From contig NIVC01002222.1 of the NCBI GenBank assembly GCA_002269645.1, positions 62,001 to 126,000 on the forward strand: a DNA stretch of 64,000 nucleotides, in the 5' to 3' direction. Both the position numbers and the translations under genes were made by a program. Of the stretch, positions 52,645 through 64,000 are shown piece by piece. Under the pieces are notes generated by a model that saw nothing but the letters and a program-made list of their open reading frames with translations, had not been told where the DNA came from and did not search any database. Each line of letters begins with the position of its first letter. Position 1 is the stretch's first letter. The DNA comes from Macrostomum lignano (Eukaryota).

Positions 52645-55600
52645 GCCTGTGTCTGTCTGCCTTTGTCTGTCTGTCCGCCTGCCTGCCTGTCTGTCTGTCT
52701 GTCGGTCTACCTGTCTGTCCTGTCTGTCCAGCTCACATGAGTGCTTGTCAATCCTGGACTCTGCAGCGTCGATGGCCTCAGCGCTGCCGGACGCTGTGCC
52801 GGGCTGGGAAGCGGCAGCGGGCCGGGACGCAGAGGATGCTGAGGCAGATGATGAAGCGTAATACGGCGGAGGCGCCGCTTTAGCCGCAGAATCCTTTGCC
52901 TTCTGCTGCTTCACCCGGCTGGGGTCTTGGAGCTCTGGAATGAATGAGAAGTGTAAAACTTAGCACTTTGAGATGCATTCCGGATTCGGGACTCCGATTG
53001 AGTATTCGGGACTCCGATTGAAGGTTCGGGACTCCGATTGAAGGTTCGGGACTCCGATTGAGTATTCGGGATCCGATTGAGTATTCGGGACTCCGATTGA
53101 AGGTTCGGGACTCCGATTGAAGGTTCGGGACTCCGATTGCGTATTCGGGACTCCGATTGAGTATTCGGGACTCCGATTGAAGGTTCGGGACTCCGATTGA
53201 GTATTCGGGACTCCGATTGAGTATTCGGGATCCGATTGAGTATTCGGGACTCCGATTGAAAGTTCGGGACTCCGATTGAAGGTTCGGGACTCCGATTGAG
53301 TATTCGGGACTCCGATTGAGTATTCGGGACTCCGATTGAGTATTCGGGACTCCGATTGAGTATTCGGGACTCCGATTGAAGGTTCGGGACTCCGATTGAG
53401 TATTCGGGATCCGATTGAAGATTCGGGACTCAACTGTCTCAAGCGCCAGGACTCGAACTCACCCAGCACGTGAGCCGCTTTGCGGTCCTCACCCAGCTCG
53501 GACTTGGCCACGCACTCGTACACTCCGAAGTCTCCGGCGGTGAGGTTCCGCACCAGCAGGTCGATCCGCGTCATCGTCTGGAACCCGTCGCCGTCCACCT
53601 CGTCGCCAGCGCTTGTCGTCTGCTGGTAGAGGCAGTGCCGCCCGCCGCTCCAGCAGGTGGCCGCATCCGGTCCAGGGCGGAAGCGGCGGCCGCGGTGCTC
53701 CCAGTAGAGCTCGCGGATCGGCAGGCCGCTGACGGCGCACATCACCATGGTAGAGTGGCCGCGGGACTGGCTGATCTGCTCGTTGGCCACGCTGACCCGC
53801 GGCCGGTCTGTGGCGGTCGAGAGCGAGAGAGGGGATCTCTTGCAGCGAGTCGTAGAGGTGAACCTTGAGACTTGAGAATGAATCGCAGAGAGTGAAACTT
53901 GGAGAGTGGATCTGATAAAGTGAATCGTAGAGTGAATCTTAAACATTGAGTCATAGACAACCCGTAGAGAGTGAGACCATACAGTGAGACCAAACAATTT
54001 TAGAGTGAATCTCATCGAGTGAATCACAGAATCCTACAAAGTGAGTCTTATCGATGGAATCATAGAGAATCGTACAGAGTGAATCTATAGAGTGAATCAT
54101 ACAGAATCTTAAAGAGTGAATCTTATCGAGTGAATCATACGAAATCTTACAGAGTGAATCTTATCGAGTGAATCATACAGAATCTTAAAGAGTGAATCTT
54201 GCAGAGTGAATCTATCGAGTGAATTATAGAGAATCGTACAGAGTGAATCTTCTAGATTGAATCATAGAGAATCGTACAGAGTGAATCTTCTAGATTGAAT
54301 CATAGAGAATCGTACAGAGTGAATCTTCTAGATTGAATCATAGAGAATCGTACAGAGTGAATCTTCTAGATTGAATCATAGAGGATCGTACAGAGTGAAT
54401 CATACAGAATCTTAAAGAGTGAATCTTAAAGAGCGAATCTTGCAGAGTGAATCTATCGAGTGAATTATAGAGAATCGTACAGAGTGAATCTTCTAGATTG
54501 AATCATAGAGAATCGTACAGAGTGAATCTTCTAGAGTGAATCATAGAGAATCGTACAGAGTGAATCTTCTAGATTGAATCATAGAGAATCGTACAGAGTG
54601 AATCTTCTAGAGTGAATCATAGAGAATCGTACAGAGTGAATCTTCTAGATTGAATCATAGAGAATCGTACAGAGTGAATCTTCTAGAGTGAATCATAGAG
54701 AATCGTACAGAGTGAATCTTCTAGATTGAATCATAGAGAATCGTACAGAGTGAATCTTCTAGATTGAATCATAGAGAATCGTACAGAGTGAATCTTCTAG
54801 ATTGAATCATAGAGGATCGTACAGAGTGAATCTTCTAGATTGAATCATAGAGGATCGTACAGAGTGAATCCTATAGATTGAGTCCTAGACAACCGTAGAG
54901 AGTGAATGGTACAGAGTGAATCTTATAGAGAGAATCTATAGAGTGAATAGTAGACAGTGAATCTTACAAAGTGAAACGCGGAGAGCGAAACTTAGAGTAA
55001 GTGAAGTGAATCTAAAATGAAGTCTAGGCATTACATAAGCTGTGCCCAGCTACTCACAGTGCACAACAACTCGAATCTCGCGCCTATCCGCCGGCTCCTC
55101 TCCGTTGTCGGCCAGACACTGGAAGATTCCGTCGCACTTCCGGCTAGCCGAGGCCACGGTGTACACCGGGCCGGAGCTCAGCGCTGTGAGGAGTTGAAGA
55201 GGGTGCAGGTGCTAATTGATTTGGAGCAGTTAATTTGGAAACCCAGGAGGGAGCAGAGTAGCTTAGCGGTAAGTCACGAGAAAGTCAGGGCCGCTCTAGA
55301 CCTTGTGCAAGCGTGTGCCCAGCGAAAGACCCAGCTGATTAGGCCATGGTAGCGGTTGTTGCCGCGATTTTCCGCAGTGCAGTCTTCTCCATACAGCCTT
55401 TTGCATGGCAATGGAGCGACCGGGTGACGCTGGTTTCCACAGAGAGAGTTTTGTCAGTCGCGTTTGTCTATGGTCGAACCCCATTCATCTATTAGTATAC
55501 TCAGTATGGGGGTTGCAGCCTAGTGGTTAGAGCGTCGGACTCACGACTTGAAGGTCGGAGGTTCGATTCTCGGTCCACTCGGAACAATTCGTTTCTTTGG

Positions 55601-56191
55601 CAAGACACTTAACTCTGCATTGCTTTAGTTCACCCAGCTGTAAAATGGGTGCCAGCATCAGCTGGGGTAGTTGGGGTGTGTGATGCGACCCCCCCCCAGT
55701 TCTTGGACTGAACAGCCGTACGCAGCCTTCAGATGCGCCGCGCAATAGCTGCGGCTGAGCTGTCGGTTGCACATCTGCTCAATTAGGGCAGGTGTAATCA
55801 AGTATTATTATTTGGAGAACAAAATGGTGTTGCGCCATAGACAAAATCGGTCGAGAGAAATCTGAGGCCATCTTTCAGCGGGTCAGGAGTGGGTTGCTAC
55901 GAGCCGTATTGTATTTTTACCGATAGTCTCCAAGTTCCCAGATTCCGGGTTGACTGTCGACTCCCATGAATTTCTCGTTTATCATCTGCCTGTCGGACCT
56001 TCAAAGCGACAATTGGCGAATCATCGAAGCGCAGACGGTTGGTTGCTGGGAGAAATCAATCAGACGGTTCGAAGCGTGACTGCTATTCCCCATGCAAACG
56101 ATATTTGTTGAGTTGTCAGGCAAATCCTTCGTTAATCCCTTTGAACTGTACTTTTACAGCGAATGGCCCGGGATTTAGTAAAATCTCTAAA

Positions 56192-56253
<62 letters not shown>

Positions 56254-59200
56254 TTTCCTATTTTTGACAGGAATCATTCCATTAAGTAAAGCCTCTGCCT
56301 ACCATATACCATTCATTCAGGAATCTATTACACATCTTCAGTAGTAATTTGTTACGCCTAACTCAGACCTGGTCTGGCGCCTCTCTTCCACCTGGTCTGG
56401 TGACTCCATTACAGCAGGTCTGGTGCCTCTCTTACACCTGGTCTGGTGACTCCATTACAGCAGGTCTGGTGCCTCTCTTACACCTGGTCTGGTGACTCCA
56501 TTACAGCAGGTCTGGCGCCTCTCTTACACCTGTTCTGGCGACTCCATTACAGCAGGTCTGGCGCCTCTCTTACACCTGTTCTGGCGACTCCATTACAGCA
56601 GGTCTGGCGCCTCTCTTACACCTGGTCTGGCGACTCCATTACAGCAGGTCTGGCGCCTCTCTTACACCTGGTCTGGTGACTCCATTACAGCAGGTCTGGC
56701 GCCTCTCTTACACCTGGTCTGGCGACTCCATTACAGCAGGTCTGGCGCCTCTCTTACACCTGGTCTGGTGACTCCATTACAGCAGGTCTGGCGCCTCTCT
56801 TACACCTGTTCTGGCGCCTCTCTTACACCTGGTCTGGCGACTTCATTACAGCAGGTCTGGCGCCTCTCTTACACCTGTTCTGGCGACTCCATTACAGCAG
56901 GTCTGGCGCCTCTCTTACACCTGTTCTGGCGACTCCATTACAGCAGGTCTGGCGCCTCTCTTACACCTGGTCTGGCGACTCCATTACAGCAGGTCTGGCG
57001 CCTCTCTTACACCTGGTCTGGTGACTCCATTACAGCAGGTCTGGCGCCTCTCTTACACCTGGTCTGGCGACTCCATTACAGCAGGTCTGGCGCCTCTCTT
57101 ACACCTGGTCTGGTGACTCCATTACAGCAGGTCTGGCGCCTCTCTTACACCTGTTCTGGCGCCTCTCTTACACCTGGTCTGGCGACTTCATTACAGCAGG
57201 TCTAGCGCCTCTCTTACACCTGGTCTGGCACCTCCCTTACACCTGGTCTGGCGCCTCTCTTACACCTACCTGTTCTGGCGCCTCTCTTACACCTACCTGT
57301 TCTGGCGCCTCTCTTACACCTGGTTTGGCGCCTCTCTTACACCTGTTCTGGCGCCTCTCTTACACCTGGTCTGGCGACTTCATTACAGCAGGTCTGGCGC
57401 CTCTCTTACTCTTGGTCTGGCGCCTCTCTTACACCTGGTCTGGCGCCTCTCTTACACCTGGTCTGGCGCCTCTCTTACACCTGTTCTGGCGCCTCTCTTA
57501 CACCTGTTCTGGCGCCTCTCTTACACCTGGTCTGGCGCCTCTCTTACACCTACCTGGTCTGGCGCTCTCTTACACCTGGTCTGGCGCCTCTCTTACACCT
57601 ACCTGGTCTGGCGCTCTCTTACACCTGGTCTGGCGCCTCTCTTACACCTACCTGTTCTGGCGCTCTCTTACACCTGATCTGGCGCCTCTCTTACACCTAC
57701 CTAATCTGGCGCCTCTCTTACACCTACCTGTTCTGGCGCCTCTCTTACACCTGGTTTGGCGCCTCTCTTACACCTGTTCTGGCGCCTCTCTTACACCTGG
57801 TCTGGCGACTTCATTACAGCAGGTCTGGCGCCTCTCTTACTCTTGGTCTGGCGCCTCTCTTACACCTGGTCTGGCGCCTCTCTTACACCTGGTCTGGCGC
57901 CTCTCTTACACCTAATCTGGCGCCTCTCTTACACCTACCTGGTCTGGCGCCTCTCTTACACCTGGTCTGGCGCCTCTCTTACACCTACCTGGTCTGGCGC
58001 TCTCTTACACCTGGTCTGGCGCCTCTCTTACACCTACCTGTTCTGGCGCTCTCTTACACCTGATCTGGCGCCTCTCTTACACCTACCTGTTCTGGCGCCT
58101 CTCTTACACCTGGTCTGGCGCCTCTCTTACACCTACCTGTTCTGGCGCCTCTCTTACACCTGGTCTGGTGCCTCTCTTACAGCAGGTCTGGCGCCTCCTT
58201 TAAAGCTGGGTTGGTCAGAAGGTCCAAAAGGTTGGAGCATAGTTAAATCTGCATTGACAATCTTCCATAATGGCTTAGATAGAGTACATTGGGAGATAAG
58301 ATGATGCTGGCCGAGTGCCAAGGCGACTCACGAACTAATCGTCGACCGCTACTCAGTGACTGGCCGCTGCTGAGCCGCTTAAACCACGAGATGCTGGGCG
58401 GCGGGCTGCCGTCCGCTGCGCAGCGCAGAGTCAGCTGCTGACCCTCGACAACCAGCACCTTCAGCGGCGAGGAGTCGGCGGCGCGAATGCGGGGCGGAAC
58501 TGCGGGAGGGTGAGTAGACTGTGAGAATTGGTGTGAGTAGAGTTTGAGAATTGGTGTGAGTAGAGTGTGAGAATTGGTGTGAGAGAGTGAGAGAATTGGT
58601 GTGAGTAGAGTGTGAGAATTGGTGTGAGTAGAGTGTGAGAATTGGTGTGAGTAGAATGTGAGAATTGGTGTGAGTAGACTGTGAGAATTGGTGTGAGTAG
58701 AGTTTGAGAATTGGTGTGAGTAGAGTGTGAGAATTGGTGTGAGTAGAATGTGAGAATTGGTGTGAGTAGACTGTGAGAATTGGTGTGAGTAGACTGTGAG
58801 AATTGGTGTGAGTAGACTGTGAGAATTGGTGTGAGTAGAGTGTGAGAATTGGTGTGAGTAGAGTGTGAGAATTGGTGTGAGTAGAGTGTGAGAATTGGTG
58901 TGAGTAGAGTGTGAGAATTGGTGTGAGTAGAGTGTGAGAATTGGTGTGAGTAGACTGTGAGAATTGGTGTGAGTAGAGTGTGAGAATTGGTGTGAGTAGA
59001 GTGTGAGAATTGGTGTGATTAGGGGCAGAAATGTATGGACTAATGCAACACCGTCAGGACTAGAGCAACTCGAAAACACATCATTAAGATCATTAAGACT
59101 CCAGTGTACTTTAATAGAATGTACTCTTTTGTGGCAAGTCAAATTTTAAATAATTTGGTTTCCTAGAAACCATTAAATTAGCTCTCTACTTCTATTTAAG

Positions 59201-60757
59201 TTTCAATCAATTTTCGAGCTCTGGATATTCAGGCCAGAATCTGCTTACTAAGACAAGTAGAAGGCCAGTGCAATCAGCATGCAGCTCAACGACGGACTAA
59301 AGTGCAACTAGCAGGGCAAATTTCTCGAAGACAAGATGGCTGGAAAATTGGTAAATCAATGGCGCCACGCCGGTAACCAAGGCTTTTCTTAACTTTTTTC
59401 AATTCTCAAACACCTTCTCAAATTATGAGCTAAGAATATGGCGAGGCCAAGTGAGGACAGGCTCAGCGCGCCCTGATCCTCCTGAGCAGGCTAATGGATA
59501 CGGCGGCTGCTGGGGATCGATGGAGCTGCATAAGAGTGCTGCTCTGCCAGATAACTGTTTACAGAGCTGGCTGCCTCCGCTTGACACGCGATCTGATCAC
59601 TATTGTGCTTGATATGTCGATTCCGGTTTACTGCAGGTGACTAATTAAGGATTCGGGACTAGGATTAAGGATTTGGGACTAGGAGCAAGAATTTGGGACT
59701 CATATTAAGAATTCGGGACTAGGATTAAGGATACGAGACTAGGAACAAGGATTAAGGACTCGGGACTAGAATTAAGGATTCGGGACTAGAATTATAGATT
59801 CGGGACTAGTATTAAGGATTCGGGACAAGAATTAAGGATTCGCGGGACTATGATTAAGGATTTGGGACTAAGATTAAGGGTTAAGGATTTGGGACTAAGA
59901 TTAAGGATTAGGGATTTGGGACTAAGATTAAGGATTAAGGATTTGGGACTAAGATTAAGGATTAAGAATTTGGGATTAAGATTAAGGATTAAGGATTTGG
60001 GACTAAAATTAAGAATTAAGGATTTGGGACTAAGATTAAGGATTAAGGATTTGAGACTAAGATTAAGGATTAAGGATTTGGGATTAAGATTAAGGATTAA
60101 GGATTTGGGACTAAGATTAAGAATTAAGGATTTGGGACTAAGATTAAGGATTAAGGATTTGGGACTAAAATTAAGAATTAAGGATTTGGGACTAAGATTA
60201 AGGATTAAGGATTTGAGACTAAGATTAAGGATTAAGGATTTGGGATTAAGATTAAGGATTAAGGATTTGGGACTAAGATTAAGAATTAAGGATTTGGGAC
60301 TAAGATTAAGGATTAAGGATTTGGGACTAAAATTAAGAATTAAGGATTTGGGACTAAGATTAAGGATTAAGGATTTGAGACTAAGATTAAGGATTAAGGA
60401 TTTGGGACTAAGATTAAGGATTAAGGATTTGGGACTAAGATTAAGGATTAAGGATTTGGGATTAAGATTAAGGATTCAGGACTTCAGGTAATGACTCCAA
60501 TCATCCCTTTGCCTGACCTTTCACCTCCAGCTCCGCCCTTCGCACGTGGTAGCCGCTGCCGGAGCTGGCCACGCAGGAGTACAGGCCCCGGTCGGCCAGC
60601 TGCACCGCCCCGATCGTCAGGTCGAAGTTGAGCGATTCGCCGGCGTCCTTGGCGGGAAGCGGCGAAACTTGGATTCGAGGGTCGACCAGCGAGTTGCGAT
60701 TGAAGGTCAGCGTCTGGGAGTTGCGCATCCAGATCACCTGCTCCGGGTTCGGGGGTT
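51843..60757 (-). CDS. Three-Ig-domain, probably GPI-anchored adhesion protein (Lachesin/IgLON-like), 5' end outside the window. Exons 60757-60518, 58499-58332, 55183-55058, 53807-53463, 52934-52737, 51958-51843
   Basis: Ig signatures VIW...DRGLYSC, LTLRCAADGSPPPSISW...GIFQCLADNG, MCAVSGLP...W...GDFGVYECVAKSELG; all introns phase 1; Ser/Ala-rich stalk and a short hydrophobic C-terminus with no cytoplasmic tail (the GPI anchor is an inference). Confidence 0.87.
52395..52730. repeat. (GTCT/GCCT)n microsatellite
   Basis: Tetranucleotide run in an Ig-gene intron. Confidence 0.95.
52982..53432. repeat. 20-bp minisatellite ATTCGGGACTCCGATTGAGT
   Basis: About 22 units in an Ig-gene intron. Confidence 0.95.
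53865..55010. repeat. 38-bp minisatellite AGAGTGAATCTTCTAGATTGAATCATAGAGAATCGTAC with degenerate edges
   Basis: Homogeneous core ~54230-54870. Confidence 0.93.
55508..55812 (+). mobile_element. tRNA-derived SINE, family A, copy 3 (most complete head)
   Basis: GGGGTTGCAGCCTAGTGGTTAGAGCG...GGTTCGATTC; CORE-like GGCAAGACACTTAAC...CTGTAAAATGGG; 3' part shared with copies 1 and 2; (TAT)n tail. Confidence 0.85.
56190..56252. repeat. 7-bp repeat CCGAAGT
   Basis: About 8 perfect units. Confidence 0.9.
56365..58195. repeat. Minisatellite of alternating 23-bp units (GGTCTGGCGCCTCTCTTACACCT / GGTCTGGCGACTCCATTACAGCA)
   Basis: 46-bp dimer on the left, mostly monomer on the right. Confidence 0.95.
58512..59018. 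repeat. 23-bp minisatellite GTGTGAGAATTGGTGTGAGTAGA
   Basis: About 22 units directly beside the exon acceptor. Confidence 0.95.
59648..60480. repeat. 27-bp minisatellite ATTAAGGATTTGGGACTAAGATTAAGG (left part a shorter GGATTCGGGACTAG variant)
   Basis: Source of the spurious IKDLGLRLR ORF. Confidence 0.95.
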
Positions 60758-60767
60758 CTGCAGTCAA

Positions 60768-61340
60768 TTCTATTCTATTCTATTCTATTCTATTCTATTC
60801 CATTCCATTCCATTCTATTCCATTCCATTCCATTATATTCTATTCTATTCTATTCCATTCCATTCCATTCTATTCCATTCCATTCCATTATATTCTATTC
60901 TATTTTATTCCATTCCATTCCATTCCATTCCATTCTATTCCATTCCATTCCATTATATTCTATTCTATTCTATTCCATTCCATTCCATTCTATTCTATTC
61001 TATTCTATTCTATTCTATTCTATTCTATTCTATTCTATTCTATTCTATTCTATTCTATTCCATTCCATTCCATTCCATTCTATTCCATTCCATTCCATTC
61101 CATTCTATTCCATTCCATTCCATTCCATTATATTATATTCTATTCTATTCTATTCTATTCCATTCCATTCCATTCCATTCCATTCCATTCCATTTTATTC
61201 TATTCTATTCTATTCTATTCTATTCCATTCCATTCCATTCCATTCTATTCTATTCTATTCTATTCTATTCTATTCTATTCTATTCTATTCTATTCTATTC
61301 TATTCTATTCTATTCTATTCTATTCTATTCTATTCCATTC
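60768..61340. repeat. (ATTCT/ATTCC)n pentanucleotide microsatellite
   Basis: Directly visible. Confidence 0.97.
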
Positions 61341-61554
61341 TGTTAGATGTATTAATTTGATATAGACTTTTATCTATGGCATGACCGCCACTAGCATTAC
61401 AGTACAACTTGAATGAGCGGTGCCTCGTTCTAAGGCCACAATAAATAAAAGTGATAGTGAGAGCTGCTCAACTGGAGCACTTAAGAAATTACCGAGTTAG
61501 CTATAGGCTACATCAAAATTGGTGTTATAGTGCCTGTGCCTTCAGAATCAACAC

Positions 61555-61569
61555 TGGTGACGAGGATGG
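61555..61569 (+). other. Primer-binding site TGGTGACGAGGATGG (tRNA-Ser(GCU)-type)
   Basis: Complementary to the eukaryotic tRNA-Ser(GCU) 3' end (...CCAUCCUCGUCGCCA) with one G-U pair; overlaps the gag ATG at 61566. Confidence 0.75.
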
Positions 61570-64000
61570 CGACGATTCTAATCGAACCCCTGGAGACAGA
61601 CGTGCCTGCCGAGGTCAGCAGATGGCTACAGTGATTCGAGGCCATAGCCAAAGTTAACAGGTGGAACGACGACGTGCTGAAGTACGCGTTTATAGCACAA
61701 CTGGGGAAGAAGGCGTTCAACCTTCTGGCTGACGCTGTACTGCCAGCAAAGCCAGAGGAAAAGACCTTCGATCAGCTGAAGACGCTACTAACAAACGAAA
61801 CGAAAGCATCGAAGTCGGGACTGGCCTATAGATACGCTTTCCACCACATGAAGCAGGAAAGCGGAGAAGACACGTCGGCCAATGCTAGGAGACTTCGACA
61901 AGCCGCGGACAACTGTGAATTCACGGACCTAAACGACAGGTTGCGCGACCAGTTTGTGTTTGGCTTGTCCAACAAAGACATCGTGAGGAAACTGCTAACT
62001 GAAAAACTCGCAGACCTCACCTGGGAGAGGGTGACGTCCGTGGCAAGCGCATGCGAAGCCGTAGCGCGAGGCGAAAAACAGATGAGCAGCAGCGAAATCT
62101 TATCGGTCAAGAGGACGGATCGACCGCGTTTGCCAGAGACTCGACAGAACGATCGCAAAGCGTGGCAGCCAACCGGGTACGGCAAGTGGAATCAACAGAG
62201 CCATCGCGACCAAACAAAATGTTTCTGCTGTGGCAAGGATGGACACCGCAAGGAAGTCTGCCAGCACCGTTCTAAGACCTGCCTGAATTGCGGAAAGACT
62301 GGTCACCTGAAAGCTGTGTGTAAGTCTAATCCATCAAGACCTGCTTAAGGGTCAAGACAGACTGTCAAGGTGAGAGCGATCGAACCGCAGAAAGATTCTT
62401 CAGGACCTGTAGAAGCACAGGACAGCATCTTCTCCGTAAATGGCAGCTGTGAGGAGCCCAGCAGGCGCAGGATAACAAGGCTTCTGCTGGTCAATGGGGC
62501 CAATCTTCATATGATTATGGACACTGGATCCGTCTCATCATTTGTATCGCTAAAGGTGTATCAAGGCCTTCCGTTGAAATCCAATTTAAGACCGACAGCC
62601 CGACGATTTACAGCATACCAAGGAGATCCGGTGCGTGTTTTAGGAGAAGTTACTGTCAGAGTAGAGCGTGGCGGCGCAGTAGCAAACCTGGCATTGTTTG
62701 TCGTTGACCACAGAGATGTGGAGCCCATATATGGTTTGGACTGGATTGCAGAGCTGGAGCCGGAGCTTTATGTCGCCATAACCCAAGGTGGTAATGCTGA
62801 CACTACTGAAGAACGGCAATCAAGTCGCATGTCTCCAGTCGACACCGTGAAGGTGTCACTATCGATCAGGCCAGGCGCAAAACCTGTTTTCTGCAAGCCA
62901 AGACCGATTCCCTATGGTATTCAAGAAGACGTAAAGAACGAGCTACGAAGAATGGAATCTGAAGGACAGTTAGAGAAAGTGCAATCAAGCGAATGGGCCA
63001 CGCCTATAGTGTGTGTCAGAAAGCAATCTGGTAGTATCAGGATTTGTGGCGACTATAAGATAACACTGAACCCAGTCTTGGAAGACATGGTGTCTACGAC
63101 GCCATCAATTGATGAAGTGATGTCCAGATTGGGTCGAGCCCGGAAATTCTCCACGCTAGATCTCACAAACGCATACTTGCAGGTATCAGTCGACGCCGAG
63201 ACAAGTCAGATGCAAACTTGGAGCACACCCTTCGGCCTGTTTCGTCCAACCGCACTGGCTTTTGGGGTAAAACAAGCACCCGCTATCTTCCAGTCACATA
63301 TGGATAAACTCCTGCTAAACCTCGACGGCGTGATATCCTACCAGGACGATATCCTCATCTGGGGCCAAGGTCAGACTGATCATGACAAAAGGCTCAACAC
63401 TGTAATGAAGATCCTGGAAAACAATGGACTTCGCATAAATGCTGACAAGTCTGTACTAAACAAGTCGTCAATACGATTTTTGGGCTACGAGATCAGTGCT
63501 GATGGAATTCGCCCTCTAAAGGAGAAAGTGGAAGCCATTGCCGGATTAAAAGAGCCAAGCGACCTCAAACAACTACAGGCGTTCTTGGGAATGGTCGATT
63601 TCTATGGACGATGCATTCCTAACTTGGCTACGTTGAAAGAGTCATTGACCAATCTAACCAGGTCAGGTGTGCGATGGACCTGGGGAAGGCAAGAACAGAA
63701 GGCATTTAACACAATCAAGGAAAGATTGCTCAACGCCGGACTTCTAAAGTCATTCGATCCAGCTGACAATATTATACTTACGACCGATGCATCACCGGTG
63801 GGACTGGGAGCCGTGTTGGAGCAGTCGTCCGGTCCTGTTCTATTTATCTCCAAGACGTTGACACAGGCTGAGAGAAATTATGCACAGATCGAAAGAGAGG
63901 CGCTAGCCATAGTCTGGGCGGTTAAAAGCCTCCACAAATATCTGCTAGGACGCAAGTTCGTGCTCAGGACGGACCATCACCCACTGAAATTTTTGTTCAA
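61566..64000 (+). pseudogene. gag-pol single reading frame with two in-frame stops
   Basis: TGA at 61632-61634 (WLQ*FE) and TAA at 62346-62348 between the knuckles and the protease; otherwise open to the window end. Confidence 0.85.

Larger units (their letters stand above)
61341..64000 (+). mobile_element. Ty3/gypsy LTR retrotransposon (Mag-like), 5' part; runs off the window end
   Basis: LTR TGTTAG...TCAACA (61341-61553); PBS at 61555; gag with two CCHC knuckles; protease MDTGS; RT WATPIV...RICGDY...LDLTNAY...YQDD (63339-63350); RNase H TDAS...ERE...TDH, all in one frame. Confidence 0.96.

Noticed and set aside
55508-55580. tRNA-like sequence with a CAC anticodon loop (also at 2351, 8898, 26749)
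   Set aside because: Acceptor and anticodon stems pair poorly, there is no T-run terminator, and each continues into a shared SINE body; these are SINE heads, not tRNA genes.
59461-59636. GC-richer stop-free stretch on + ending in CAG|GTGACT, a possible antisense nested exon
   Set aside because: No polypyrimidine tract, no recognisable protein motif and no partner exons.

Overview
Eukaryotic, repeat-rich nuclear DNA. GC-rich exons are separated by AT-rich or minisatellite-filled introns. The style suggests a free-living flatworm such as Macrostomum, but this is an inference and is not verified. Spliced gene models reconstructed by hand (GT-AG sites and phases all consistent): a zf-MYND gene present twice through a 6547-bp near-identical duplication, with no genomic ATG before its MYND domain; an hnRNP F/H-family gene with four qRRMs; a single-exon DUF3504/Crypton-type tyrosine-recombinase-fold ORF with lost catalytic residues; MAGI; ADCK5 with a 1-nt frameshift; and the 3' part of a three-Ig Lachesin/IgLON-like adhesion gene. 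Mobile DNA: a Ty1/copia element at the left edge, a Ty3/gypsy element at the right edge, several TIR/TSD-bounded non-autonomous DNA transposons, two tRNA-derived SINE families, and about 25 different tandem arrays, with nearly every intron carrying its own array. No CRISPR, rRNA or true tRNA genes are supported. Best leads: (1) genes that may take their start codon from a trans-spliced leader AUG, in an operon-like arrangement; (2) the catalytically dead Crypton-like ORF with candidate recombination-site motifs; (3) complementary repeat arrays in ADCK5 introns 2 and 4; (4) a satellite grown from a transposon subterminal motif.
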